Below are positions 53,283 to 64,000 of a DNA stretch of 64,000 nt, in pieces. Position numbers and translations under genes: made by a program. The stretch spans positions 2,976,001 to 3,040,000 of the forward strand of contig NC_045138.2 in the NCBI RefSeq assembly GCF_008831285.2, read 5' to 3'. The number at the start of each line of letters is the position of its first letter. The first letter of the stretch is position 1. The DNA is from Nymphaea colorata (Eukaryota). The notes beneath the pieces are model-generated. The model was not told the DNA's origin, did not search any database, and saw nothing but the letters and a program-made list of their open reading frames with translations.

Positions 53283-53839
53283 TAGGGGTGAATAATGAGT
53301 CGAGCTACTCGAGCTTGACTCGTGGACGAGTTCAAGTCGAGTCATTTGTTTAACGAGTTGAGATTAAGTTCAAGAGTCAACTCGTTTAAATAATCGAGTT
53401 GAGTTCCAGCTCAACACGTAACTTCCGAGTCGAGCTTGAGCCTTAATCGAGTTTGTCGAGCCTTAATCAAGTCGATATATTCAAACGAATTGACTAGTTT
53501 GTCGAGCCTTAATCGAGTCGAACTCGAGCTCAACACATAACGATGAATATCAGTTCTATTCAAACGAGTTTCTCAATCCTTAATAGAGTTGAGCTCAAGC
53601 GCAACACATAACGATGAATATCAGTTGTATTCAAACGAGTTTGTCGAGCCTTAATCGAGTCAAGCTCGAGCTCAATAGGTAACGATGAATATCAATTCTA
53701 TTTAAACGAGTTTGTCGAGCTTGAACTCAACACGTAACTGCCGAGTCGAGCTCGAACTGCTTCCATCGAGCTATTCTCGAGCTCGAGGTTTCATTAGTCG
53801 AGCTGAGCTCGAGCTCGACTCGACTCGTGTTCACCTTTA
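53283..53839. mobile_element. hAT-type MITE (TCGAGC-rich) with internal 71-bp tandem array
   Basis: TIRs TAGGGGTGAA ... TTCACCTTTA. 8-bp TSD CTGACTAT / CTGACCAT (7/8). Internal units start 53497, 53568, 53639, 53710. Confidence 0.88.
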
Positions 53840-54752
53840 CTGACCATGGTAAAACCTCACCATGACTAAGTCTACTAAGCTACATTTTATTAGTATCATG
53901 CTAATCAAATATGATTATTAAATTTTATGAATTTGTGGATTTTTCTTGGTAAATTTAATATTATAACTTTTGTATTTCTTACCTAAGGGAAGTCGCGTCA
54001 AGGGGAAAACCCCAAAAACTATACCTTTATGCTTTCAAGGTTTTGTTTATTTCGGGGCTTAGATGAACATCCGATACGTCCTTTAACTTGAGTGTTAAGC
54101 TTACCATCGTCGTTTGCAATGCATATGAGTGATGTACCATGACATGATAACGACCACATGGTTCAAACCTTGGACTCCTTGAATATGAGCCGCCTGGCCG
54201 CCGAGTTTACAAAGATACTTGAATAAATGTGTTCTTAATGAAAATGACATTTTCTTTTATCAGAAAATTTGAGACACTTGAGTTTCAGAATTTTATTAAA
54301 AAATTTATATGCACTCTAAGTCAGCAATTTAAGTGTTAAACTTGACTATATAAATTAAGTCTGCGCAATTTCTTTGCGAATCTCAGGGTTTTCCATACAA
54401 ATCGGTCGGAGAATCTCAACGAGTCAACAATGAATCGGACAAGCCAGACAAGTTAGCGGTCCACCGTGGTCGGCAGCCGGCGGTTGGCGGGCCCACCGGC
54501 CGGCTGGCTCATTGCCCTCCACTCATTCTCACTTATGCACCTAACATGTTCTTTTAAGATTTGGAACTTCAAATAAGATTTTGAATGTCTATTTTGATCG
54601 GAGCAACTGCTCTCATGCTCTTTTTTCATCAGAATATCCAAACTGAGTTTCTACCTGTTTTGATATGATTCAAATCCGATATCTACCTATTTTGATCTGA
54701 TTCAAATATGATTTTTCCATTGATTTGACAATATGATTACATATCTGGTATT

Positions 54753-54946
54753 TAGGGGTGGAGCTAGAAATATTTTATGAGAGAAACTGAATTAAAATTT
54801 TTAAATTTTGACTAGGGTTGAAATATCATTTTTCAAAATTTTAATATAGAATAAGTGAAAATTTCTAAAATTTACATGTAATTTTTATATATAAAAAAAA
54901 AAGGTTGTCAGGGCCCATGCGAGGCCCTACCTTAGCTCTACCCCTG
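54753..54946. mobile_element. hAT-type MITE, inverted copy of the 16341 family
   Basis: TAGGGGTGGAGCTA ... TAGCTCTACCCCTG; internal sequence is reverse-complement similar to 16341-16532. Confidence 0.75.
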
Positions 54947-55694
54947 CCCGCATTGTCTAACACATATTCAATCTAAGGTTGGGAAGTGTGAGATCTACTC
55001 ATAAAAAATGCTCTCAATCCGATACGTGACAGGCCTATGCAGATTTATACGTATATTTATTTTTTAACTGAATTGGTATATTTTAAAATACTTTTTAAGT
55101 CAAATGAGAAAATAGTCTGATAATAAAATAAGGGCACGAGTTTGTACATAATCAGCTTGGGATACATTAGTGGTGAGCAAACTGATTCAACATTGCTTCA
55201 GTACTTTATATGGATGAGTTTGAACAACAACACCAATATAGTGTTTCATGAATCTATCTCAATCATCGACAAAAATTCATATAATACTAAGTAGTTTTGA
55301 ACAAAAAATTTTAAACATATTCTACTAGCAAGCAATCTTTAATTCACCTCCTCTAAGAGGTGGATGCATATTCCTCTTCCATTCTTCAGCCCATACGCTC
55401 AATCTCCATGCAATTTGTTGAACCCTTGTATAAGATTTGTGTAGGACATGTGCTGACTAAGTCTAAGACACAACCGACACCCAACCCGACCATTCAAGCC
55501 CGAAAAAAATATATTTTTAATATAAAATAATATATAAAGGTAATTAATTGTAATAATAATATATATATATATAAATTAATAAAATAGATATTAAAAAAAT
55601 TATCGGGCCCTCAGGCTGGCCCGGTGCCCAGCCTTACTTGCAAACCGTTTTCAAATAAAGATTTTATTAAATAAAATCTGAGATTTACATTACC

Positions 55695-55997
55695 TGTTTT
55701 TGTATGATAATCTCTCACTAGCCCTAACCACTCGTTGTGCTTCAAGAAAACCTGTGAGAAGTTTGCATAAGCGTACCAATGCCCATCGCACGAGTAGAAG
55801 AGGAGTCAATAAAACTTGGAAAGGCTGCAAAAGTTTGACACCAAGTCCTCTAAGATGGGATACAAGAGACCACACATTAAGAATTTTTCCTAGCCCTTGT
55901 GTCTTTGGCACCACAACCTTATTTATACACTTATGAGGGTCCCAACCGAATATGGATCCTTTTTTATTTCCACACATATGATCCATATTAAATAACA
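55695..55997 (-). mobile_element. Probable solo LTR
   Basis: TGTT...AACA termini and minus-strand TATAAATA at about 55920-55927 in LTR-like position. TSD weak (TTACC/TGACA). Confidence 0.4.
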
Positions 55998-56923
55998 TGA
56001 CACAAACCCAGACTTATTAGATCTCCTCATTGTCACATATATCGTGTATAGGTATTATATGGTAAGGAATTTTTTGAGTATAATACGACAAAGTTGTATA
56101 TCTCGGGAAAATTTCGGTAAATTTTTAAAAAATTTAAAATATTTAATAAATCCTGAAAATTATGAAGAATAAAAATTAATTAAAAAATACGAAAAAGCAT
56201 GCATAATACACGTTTTTTTTTTTATTTTCTGGCATCTATATAAGTAGTTTGTAATGTTTGAGAATCGAGACATGCATAGGCCCACAATATAGATTTCGTA
56301 TGAAGATGGCTGTCTACCAGCTCCCGCCCCATCTGTGAACCTCCTAATGATGGGAAAAAAGCGATTGTTTTCTCATGTCATTGGAAAGTTGCTCTCATCT
56401 TGTTTTTAATCATTTTTTTCAACAAATAATCCACACTCCCCACGTTTTTTTATCTGCTTAATATCAGTATCTTTCGCGGATTTGATACTTGAATTTTGTT
56501 TTAAAATCACGGATTCAAATCCAGCAGAGTCTGAAACATATCCGATAACAACAGAGCAGATTGCAGAGCAATAAATGAGCTGTGAAGTGATTCTAAAAGC
56601 TAGCCATGGACAAGAATCCATTCTAGAGAAATGGTCTTCTTCCTTCATTGGACATTGGGCACTCCATTTGATTTGATTTTCATGAATTAGATCCAATGTT
56701 CTTGTTCACCAAGAAACTGAAAAATAAACAAAAATTACAGAAAAGAATCAACCTAATAGGGCTATATGATACAGGGTTGGCTACCGGACGGCCTTAGTTA
56801 TATAGTTCAAAATTGGCCAAGAAAGTCTCTCGTAACCATATACACTCGGGTTTATGAGATCTAGAGATCCCCCACTCTGAATGTCGAGCAATCTAATTAG
56901 ATGAAATTCTGCAGACTTGAATT

Positions 56924-59900
56924 TCACATGAACTTTAGAAGATCGACCACCATGATCGTGATGTCATCCTTGTTGCCTCTGCGAGAAGACATCTCCACAA
57001 GCTTTCTGCAAGACTCGGTTCTGCTCCTGTTCTTCATAACTTCATCCACTGCCTCTTGATTACTCACCTGTCAAATTAAGTTACAGAAACTCTATGTAAG
57101 AACTAAAGATGCATCATCAATTGCTTTTCAAAATTCAAGTGGGTTCTTTGTTTCCATTATTTTTAGCTCAAGAATATGGCGATTCACTAGAAGAGAAGGT
57201 TGTTTTTTTCTAGTATGAAACGACAGAATGATGAACAGTATTCGGTTCTCAAACAAATTTTTCTCTATGGACATTTTGGGTAGCATTGTTTGGTAGCAAG
57301 TTTCAAGTTTTAAGCATAATAAGAGCATTTTCCAAAGAGATTGTACCTTGTCCCACAGGCCATCTGAAGCCATGATCAAGAATTCACAGTCAGATGAAAG
57401 AGTAATTTCGTTGATCTCCGGTTCACATGTCACCCACTCCTTCATGTGAACATCTCCAATGGCTCTGGAGACTGCCAACGAGCCCTGAACTCTCCAAACT
57501 CCATTGATGCAGTCCACATATCCTCCCTGAAAAGTAAAGAAGATGCATCAAGGATAAGAAAGAAAAACCATTAAACAGAGAAATATTGATCATTTTGTGA
57601 TCCATTTAATGATCACTTACCAGATTCTCGACCCTTCTGCGTTCGTCGGCTCTTTCGGCGCGGTGATCGCTTGTTAAGGGGATTGCAACTCCATTTCTGC
57701 TTAGAACGACTCTGCAATCTCCCACATTTGCTGCGTGTAGATTGCCATTTTCCACCAGCACAGTGGCTGCACAAGCTCCACTGCCAACACCCTGTTAATC
57801 AATGAATTTTTGTTAGTGTCAATTAAGAGAGAGAGAGAGCGAGAGAGAGAGAGATCTTTTTTTTTTTTATCATGAACAGGAGAATTTACCTGACTTAGGA
57901 AGTCCTTGTCTGTGGTCAGGTAGCCAGTTCTAATGGCTTCTCTGAAACCGTTTTCTGCATGTTGTACATCTTTAGTGGCGGATAAAATATTTCTGCCAAG
58001 TTTTTCTGTCACAAAATCAACCGCGCCACGGCCACCGTGCCCATCAAACACGCCGAAGAAAGCCTGGTCATACAAACAAACACGAGGAGGGTAAGAAAAG
58101 TTTTACATTCCATTGATAAAAGTTAACACCACGAGGACATAAAAGGGTATTTTGGTCATTTAAACACCCTAACACACACACACTTGAGTGTTTGGGAACC
58201 ACAAGATACAACTTACTTCAAATCAATCAATCATAGAGAGAGAAGTAAGTAATTTGAATTCTTTTGAATTTTTTGCCATCCAAGTCATATGAGACACTAT
58301 TTTTAAAAGCAAATTCGAATTAGACCAGCATATGGTGTGACATTGATAAATAATATGTCCAACTTTTTAGACTTACTACGACAGATCTTAAAACCATAGA
58401 TATGTGGTCACATTTTCTTTTTTGAACCATAAATCCGTGGTTTTCACTAGGTAACACAGATTTATGATGCTTAATTGAGAAATCTATTGCTTGTTTGAAC
58501 TGTCGATTTAATCTAATGAGAATTTAAAAACCAATCTTGGATTTCCAAGCTATCAACTATAAGCTTATCAGATCAAAATAAATAATATATGGGAACAATA
58601 CATATTGAATTTAATTTTAACCATAGACACAAATAACATTTCATGTTCATGACGAGGTTTTTCTCGAGTATAATATGGCGAGTTTGAAAAGAACGAAAAA
58701 GAAATAAGAAAAATACAATAGATTTTTAAAAATTAAAAGAAAAACTAAAAATAAAAAAATAAAATAAGTGAGAAACTAATAATACAAAGATTAAATGATA
58801 ATAGATTTGCAACAAATAAAAACAATAAAAAAACTGTTTGTCATTAAAAAATAAAAAAAAAAAGTTCATTTTCACATTTTTTTAAACGTGTTTTTTTAAG
58901 TTTTAAACGGTAATTTATCACGTTTTTTGGCATTTAAAAAAAAACATGTTTTTTGTGATTATGAATTAACTAATAATTAGACCCGAATTTATTTACCAAA
59001 ATCCAACTAAACATATTCGAATGTACCATATTCACTTACCTCCCCCAAGACTTGGTCGTGGAGTGTTTGTTTTCGAGCTGAGGGAGACGACGTGTTTGTT
59101 TTTGCCTCTTATTTTACCGTTGACAAAGTCAATCTTTCGGACAACCAACTTTAGAAAGACGGAGTACTTTTGTGGTCAGAGTTTGACTGTCGCTTAAATT
59201 TGGCGATTGAAGGTTGACCAAGCCAAGCCAACCAGCTGGCTCGTCCGCCTGACATGGCTCGTCAGGTCGGTCCGAGACTGGGCCCAGTCATAGAAGTCCC
59301 CCATAAATTATGAAGCCCACGACCACGATCGTCTTCTTAAAAGTTCCGGTCAAATACAAAAATTTGTATTTTAGATGTTTTCTTTCCAAAAATTTCTCAA
59401 GTTTTCGTAGAAATATTTAAGTTTTTTATTAGTAAAACACTCATTTAAGTTCATTTTCCTTAATATTTTTAACAGTGGCAGTGATTTTTGAGCTATAATG
59501 GAGTGGCTAGATGGCATAAATCAAATAAATAAACAATTAAAGTAAATAAATGAAGCCAAATTATAGCTTTACTATGATAAAATGTAAAACAAAATTAACG
59601 GTTTTTTGTTAGACTATTTTTTTTCTTACACCTCATTTTGCACTCCACAACAATAAAGTTTGGAACTTGGAAGTGTCATTTATTTTGGTGAATGCAAAGT
59701 TAGAATTGTATATCATTAATCATATATTTAGTAAAAAGCTGGTAGTTTTTATGCCCACGTCTTTATTTTGTAAGAAATTTAATACCAATTGGTCAATTTG
59801 ATCAGAACTAGAAATTGGGCATCGGAAGAATAAAATTTCTTTTGAGAAATTCATTATTTTCCAGCTTAATTTTTCTTATAATTTTGAAAAATAGGTTGCT

Positions 59901-61085
59901 GTTTCTGATTCTTTAATAAGAATTTCACTTTTAATGAAAATTGTCTGTCTGAATAAAAAGTTTAGGAAGTGTTTGGACGAGAGAGACCCGATCTTTTGAA
60001 AAAATCGGTTTTATGAAAAAATGGTTCTTTAATTATTTTCTAAAAATTCGTTTATCTGTTTCGATCACACACCTAAAAACTCATTTTTCGTGAATAATTT
60101 GAAAACCAGGTTTTTTCCAAAGTAATTTTTGAGAGTACCTGATTTTGGTGTCATTCAAACACTACCAAAAAAAACTGTTTTGCTCCAAAAAAAATATGTT
60201 TTGGAGTGTCATCTAAACACTAATTTAAAGTGGAATTTGTTTTTATCAAAGAAATAAAAAAATGTTAGCCAAATTACACTCTTCTTACTTTATTATATTT
60301 ACATCCCTATTTGATATATTTTATAGAAAATGTGGCTCTTTTTTTCAAAAAATGCAAGAATTTTTTCTGAAAAAATAATCTTGCAAAAAAAAAAAAGAAA
60401 ACGTTCTTTCCATAAAACAATTTTGATCTGAAGCATGTAATTTAGTAATTAGACATTAAAAAGCACATTTAGCGACAGAAATGGCGTTAATAGAACGGAT
60501 GAAGCTTGGTACCTGCTTGGGATCTTCAAGGACGTCGGTGATGACTCCATAGCCGTCCTCCATTACTCGTCTCCTTCCCTTCTTCCCGACCACACAGTAA
60601 CCCGACCCCTCAACCTCCACCACTTTCTCCTCCGCCTCCCATCCTCCAAACTCATCGCATTCCGCCGGAGGTGGGCGCATCTCCGGGATGAGCAACCTCG
60701 CCGGCCGCTTCCTCTTGATCACTCCGGCGACCTTCGCGCCGTCTTCCCCGCAGGTACCAACGCGAGGGAGGCCGATCGGGGTCTCCGGCTTGAATGACAG
60801 GAGGCGATCTGGCTTCGACGCCAGAGAAGGCGGAGGAGCGGCGGAAGGCGAGACGACCTTGGGCCAGGGCAGGGAACATGGGGAGGGAGATCTAGCGGGC
60901 GTTGGTGTTGTTGCAGAGGAGGGAGAGAGAGCGGGGGAAGGGGCGGCGGGGCTGAGGGCCATGGAGGAGAGAGCTGAGTTCTTCCTAGTCTTCTGGTGCT
61001 GCTTCCTGAGGATCAGCCGGAGGGAGATGAGGAGCTTTGAGAAGAAGGGGAAGATGACCCATGAGATCTCTGCAAAATCTAGCAT
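56924..61085 (-). CDS. Protein phosphatase 2C, clade B (AP2C-like MAPK phosphatase)
   Basis: Exons (minus) 61085 (or 60962)-60513, 58063-57890, 57791-57621, 57526-57347, 57067-56924. KIM motif [11 protein letters not shown]; catalytic motifs [51 protein letters not shown]. Confidence 0.93.
58646..58963. mobile_element. AT-rich dispersed repeat (MITE-like) in PP2C intron 1
   Basis: GAGGTTTTTCTCGAGTATAATATGGCGAG and AAATAAGTGAGAAACTAA recur at about 16152-16250; related TTTTGAGTATAATACGAC at about 56072. Confidence 0.55.
59965..60222. mobile_element. Tourist-like MITE in PP2C intron 1 with duplicated right end
   Basis: TTA|GGAAGTGTTTGGA ... TTCAAACACTACC (60166); second copy of GTGTCATCTAAACAC at about 60206-60220. 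Confidence 0.6.
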
Positions 61086-61192
61086 CGTGAGAGTTTTACG
61101 ATCGGTAGACTCGGATACTTCCGCAACAGAGTCTTCTCACAGATTTAGAGAGAGAAAGAGGGAGATTCTTCCTAAGTTTGGATTGGGCGGTC

Positions 61193-61200
61193 TTTATATA
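61193..61200 (-). promoter_or_regulatory. TATA box of PP2C gene
   Basis: TATATAAA on the minus strand about 110 nt upstream of ATG 61085, followed by a CT-rich leader. Confidence 0.6.
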
Positions 61201-61418
61201 AAGCGCCGGAAGACCAGAGAGCTAAGAAAGAAAGGAAGGAGAGAGAGAGAGAGATGGTCAAAGTAGTATCTGGACGTTATTGAATGTTTGAAATAGCCCC
61301 GTTAGAGAGAGAAAAGAAGCGGCCAAAACGTGAATGCTTTAGCACTAAGGAATGGTATTACGACTCATTCAACACTCTGTCGAGATCCCCATATACGTGG
61401 TATGTATGTAGATAATTG

Positions 61419-61521
<103 letters not shown>

Positions 61522-62113
61522 TTGGATTTCTCCATCCCTCCTCAGACTTCTTCTCTACACCATCCAATGCATTATGTCAAGCGATTGTGATTGGACGGTG
61601 ATAAGAATGGCTACAAGATTTTACCTTGTATATATAATATAATATAATATAATATAACATAATATAATATTTATACTTATATATATATATACATAAATAA
61701 GGATATAAATAATCAATTATATATATATATATGAAAAATCATTTGTTATTGTTGTTGGTGTAGTTATCTTTGTGTTTATGCTATATTTGTTACTTAAATC
61801 TGACTGCTAGATCAAATTAAATGTAATAGTACATTGTTAATATTAAGGTATTAATAATTTTTGTATTAATTATAGAGGTCCAACGGTCACTGATACCCAT
61901 CAGTCCAACCAAGCCTCCTTAAGAGAGAGACAAATCGTTGTTTGTCAGTCGGTCATGGTGGAATAGTGGCTTTGATCGGAAGGACCTTTTCTTCTTATGC
62001 ATTGAATGTAGGGATGCAAGTTGATGGTTGAATGTGGATGTTGTTGCAGAAGATAACAGTATGGAACAGGTCGTCTTACTTTCTTTTTAAGCAAAAGTAG
62101 GAACTAGGAACGA

Positions 62114-62151
62114 CCGCCACCGCCACCGCCGCCGCCACCGCCACCACCGCC
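62114..62151. repeat. (CCGCCA)/(CCG)n GC-rich microsatellite
   Basis: ACCGCCACCGCCACCGCCGCCGCCACCGCCACCACCGCC. Confidence 0.85.
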
Positions 62152-62263
62152 AAGGAAAAATGAAAGTCACTCATGTGATCTGCATTCACGTTCATGCTTA
62201 TAGGTCGAGATCTAGAAATATAAAGAGTCAATAGGAAACATTCAATACTTCACCTAAAATGCA

Positions 62264-62442
62264 CAGGGGCAGAGTCAAGGGGATGCTAGCCCCACTTTAT
62301 TTTTTTTTTTAATTTAGATGTAAATTTTAAAAAAAAATTATGTATCTTATATAAAAATTTTGAAAAAATGATATTTCGGCTAGTGTCAAAATTTAAAAGC
62401 ATTAATTTGTCCCACCATGGCAAATTTTTGGCTCCGCCCTTA
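62264..62442. mobile_element. hAT-type MITE, third copy of the 16341 family
   Basis: CAGGGGCAGAGTC ... GGCTCCGCCCTTA; internal ATGTAAATTTTAAAA and TAGT.TCAAAATTT shared. TSD not evident. Confidence 0.7.
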
Positions 62443-62789
62443 AACTTAAGACCTTTAAGTTGAAAAAAGTTAAGAGTTTCGGGGCCAGTTAAACTATTGC
62501 AATATAGATTGCTCAGAATCTGCCTATACCTTTGAAAACAGATTAAGCTGTCACATATATATACATATTGAATATATTTCTTTTAATGTAAAAATTTTAC
62601 TGACGTTTTTATTGTGTCACTGAAAATATGAGTTTAGTGTTTACATACAAAATGCACAGTTCTTATTTACACAAATTGATTTAGATCTTGCAAATGAAGA
62701 TTATGGCTTAATGGAAGCTTCTCAGGCTAAACCCGCTTGACTTGTTTAACGGCAATTGATAAGGTCAAAGGAGTGACTTTAGCTCATAG

Positions 62790-63129
62790 GCCACAAGGGG
62801 TTGGATTTGGATCCAAATTTGGAACGTCGGCAAAAAAGTTGGCCGAAAATGGCTGATTCGCATGTGGAAGCAAATGATCCGCACCAGATTCAGACCAAGT
62901 CCAAGGCAAATAATTGGTCTAAAGTCAAAAACTAAATCCAAATCCATCCCACAGGAAAATAAGTGGATTTGAATTAAAGATTCAGCCACATGCAATGCAT
63001 TCTCATCCCCTTCAATTTCCATGTCATCCAGATTTTGGATCAAAAGGAAGACCTTTTATACGTCGAATATATATATATATATATAGTTCAATTTTTATTA
63101 TTTTAAAAATGAAAAAATGACAAAAAAGC

Positions 63130-63179
<50 letters not shown>

Positions 63180-63470
63180 GTAAGCTGGTTGTATTCTGGA
63201 TTGGATCTTGTTATTTCTGAATCCAACAGATCGGATCCGATGTGCCAAAGAGAATCCTGACTTGAAATTTTCATATGTATCCAACTCATATGTCGTCAAG
63301 AAATCCCCCGTTTGTGGATGTGGTCAATGAATCCAATTTACTTTGATTTCCCGTAATCGGATTTAGATTCGGATTCAGATTTTTACCTTTTCTTTTTCCC
63401 AACTGGATAATTTAGGTCCCACTAGCATGATATCCGACATTTATATGTAATCAGGTCAGATTTTATCATC
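62790..63470. mobile_element. Decayed GGATTTGGAT/GATTCGGATT-family MITE remnants with internal (TA)n runs
   Basis: Motifs shared with 4527-4961 and 39040-39465; (TA)n at about 63068-63085 and 63132-63174. Confidence 0.5.
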
Positions 63471-64000
63471 AAGTCCCAGTGGAACAATGGAAGCAAATAT
63501 TGATTAGTCACGTAAGCAAATTCAATTAGTTACCATATTTTTGGAAGGCTATCATGCTAGTGATTCGAGTGGCCTAATCACATGGTGGCTGGTGTGGGCA
63601 ATTGCCCACACTAGCTTCACAAAATTAGTTTAATATAAATTAGCCCAAGAGTCTTCTCCTGGATTAGCTTATAGTCTTCCTGTTATTTAAAATAAAATTT
63701 TTTAAAAAAAAAGAAATAAAAGTTGTGCTGCACATGTCGCACATAATCGCCTACAAAAGATGCATTTTCAAACCAAAGACCAAAAATTTTTTTTTTCTCT
63801 TTTAAAACACATTCCGCCTGCATGGGAATATTTAAATGCAATTAAGATATAACTCAACAACTTTTAAGAAAAAATAATCAAAATCAAGACTTTATGCAAT
63901 AGCAGCAAAATATTTATATGAATTAAAAACTGAGTCCAATGAGATAAGGATCAAAGGAGTTCTGACCTTGAAGAACAAATAAGACCGACCTTGGATGAGC

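Noticed and set aside
53497..53730. Regular repeats that could be mistaken for a CRISPR array
   Set aside because: Units are head-to-tail with no unique spacers, lie within a TIR/TSD-bounded plant MITE, and there are no cas genes.
60688..61266. 192-aa plus-strand ORF
   Set aside because: Antisense shadow of GC-rich PP2C exon 1 and the GA-rich leader.

Overview
Intron-rich flowering-plant nuclear DNA; species cannot be fixed from sequence alone. I assembled seven protein-coding genes by hand from GT-AG splice sites: (1) 3' part of tubulin-folding cofactor E (+, <1-5367); (2) a two-KH-domain FUBP-like RNA-binding protein with a long Q/G/Y/P tail (-, 14865-6538); (3) SGR2-like DDHD phospholipase A1 (+, 17853-35631, about 20 exons); (4) an intronless DYW-class PPR protein (-, 38894-37068); (5) a GH5 endo-beta-mannanase (+, 40889-44629); (6) an uncharacterised single-pass membrane protein with an N-terminal ATG8-interaction-like motif (-, 50718-47760); (7) a clade-B (AP2C-type) PP2C with a MAPK docking motif (-, 61085/60962-56924). 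Introns and intergenic DNA hold a non-autonomous LTR element, solo LTRs, hAT- and Tourist-type MITEs (one nested), a possible SINE, short tandem duplications and microsatellites. I cannot support a new multi-gene system. The best leads are the candidate autophagy-receptor-like protein, the upstream-ATG architecture of the PPR gene, the LTR elements in a TBCE intron, a palindromic G-box array in the KH gene and a W-box cluster in the PP2C intron. No database searches were run; coordinates are hand-read and may be off by a few bases.
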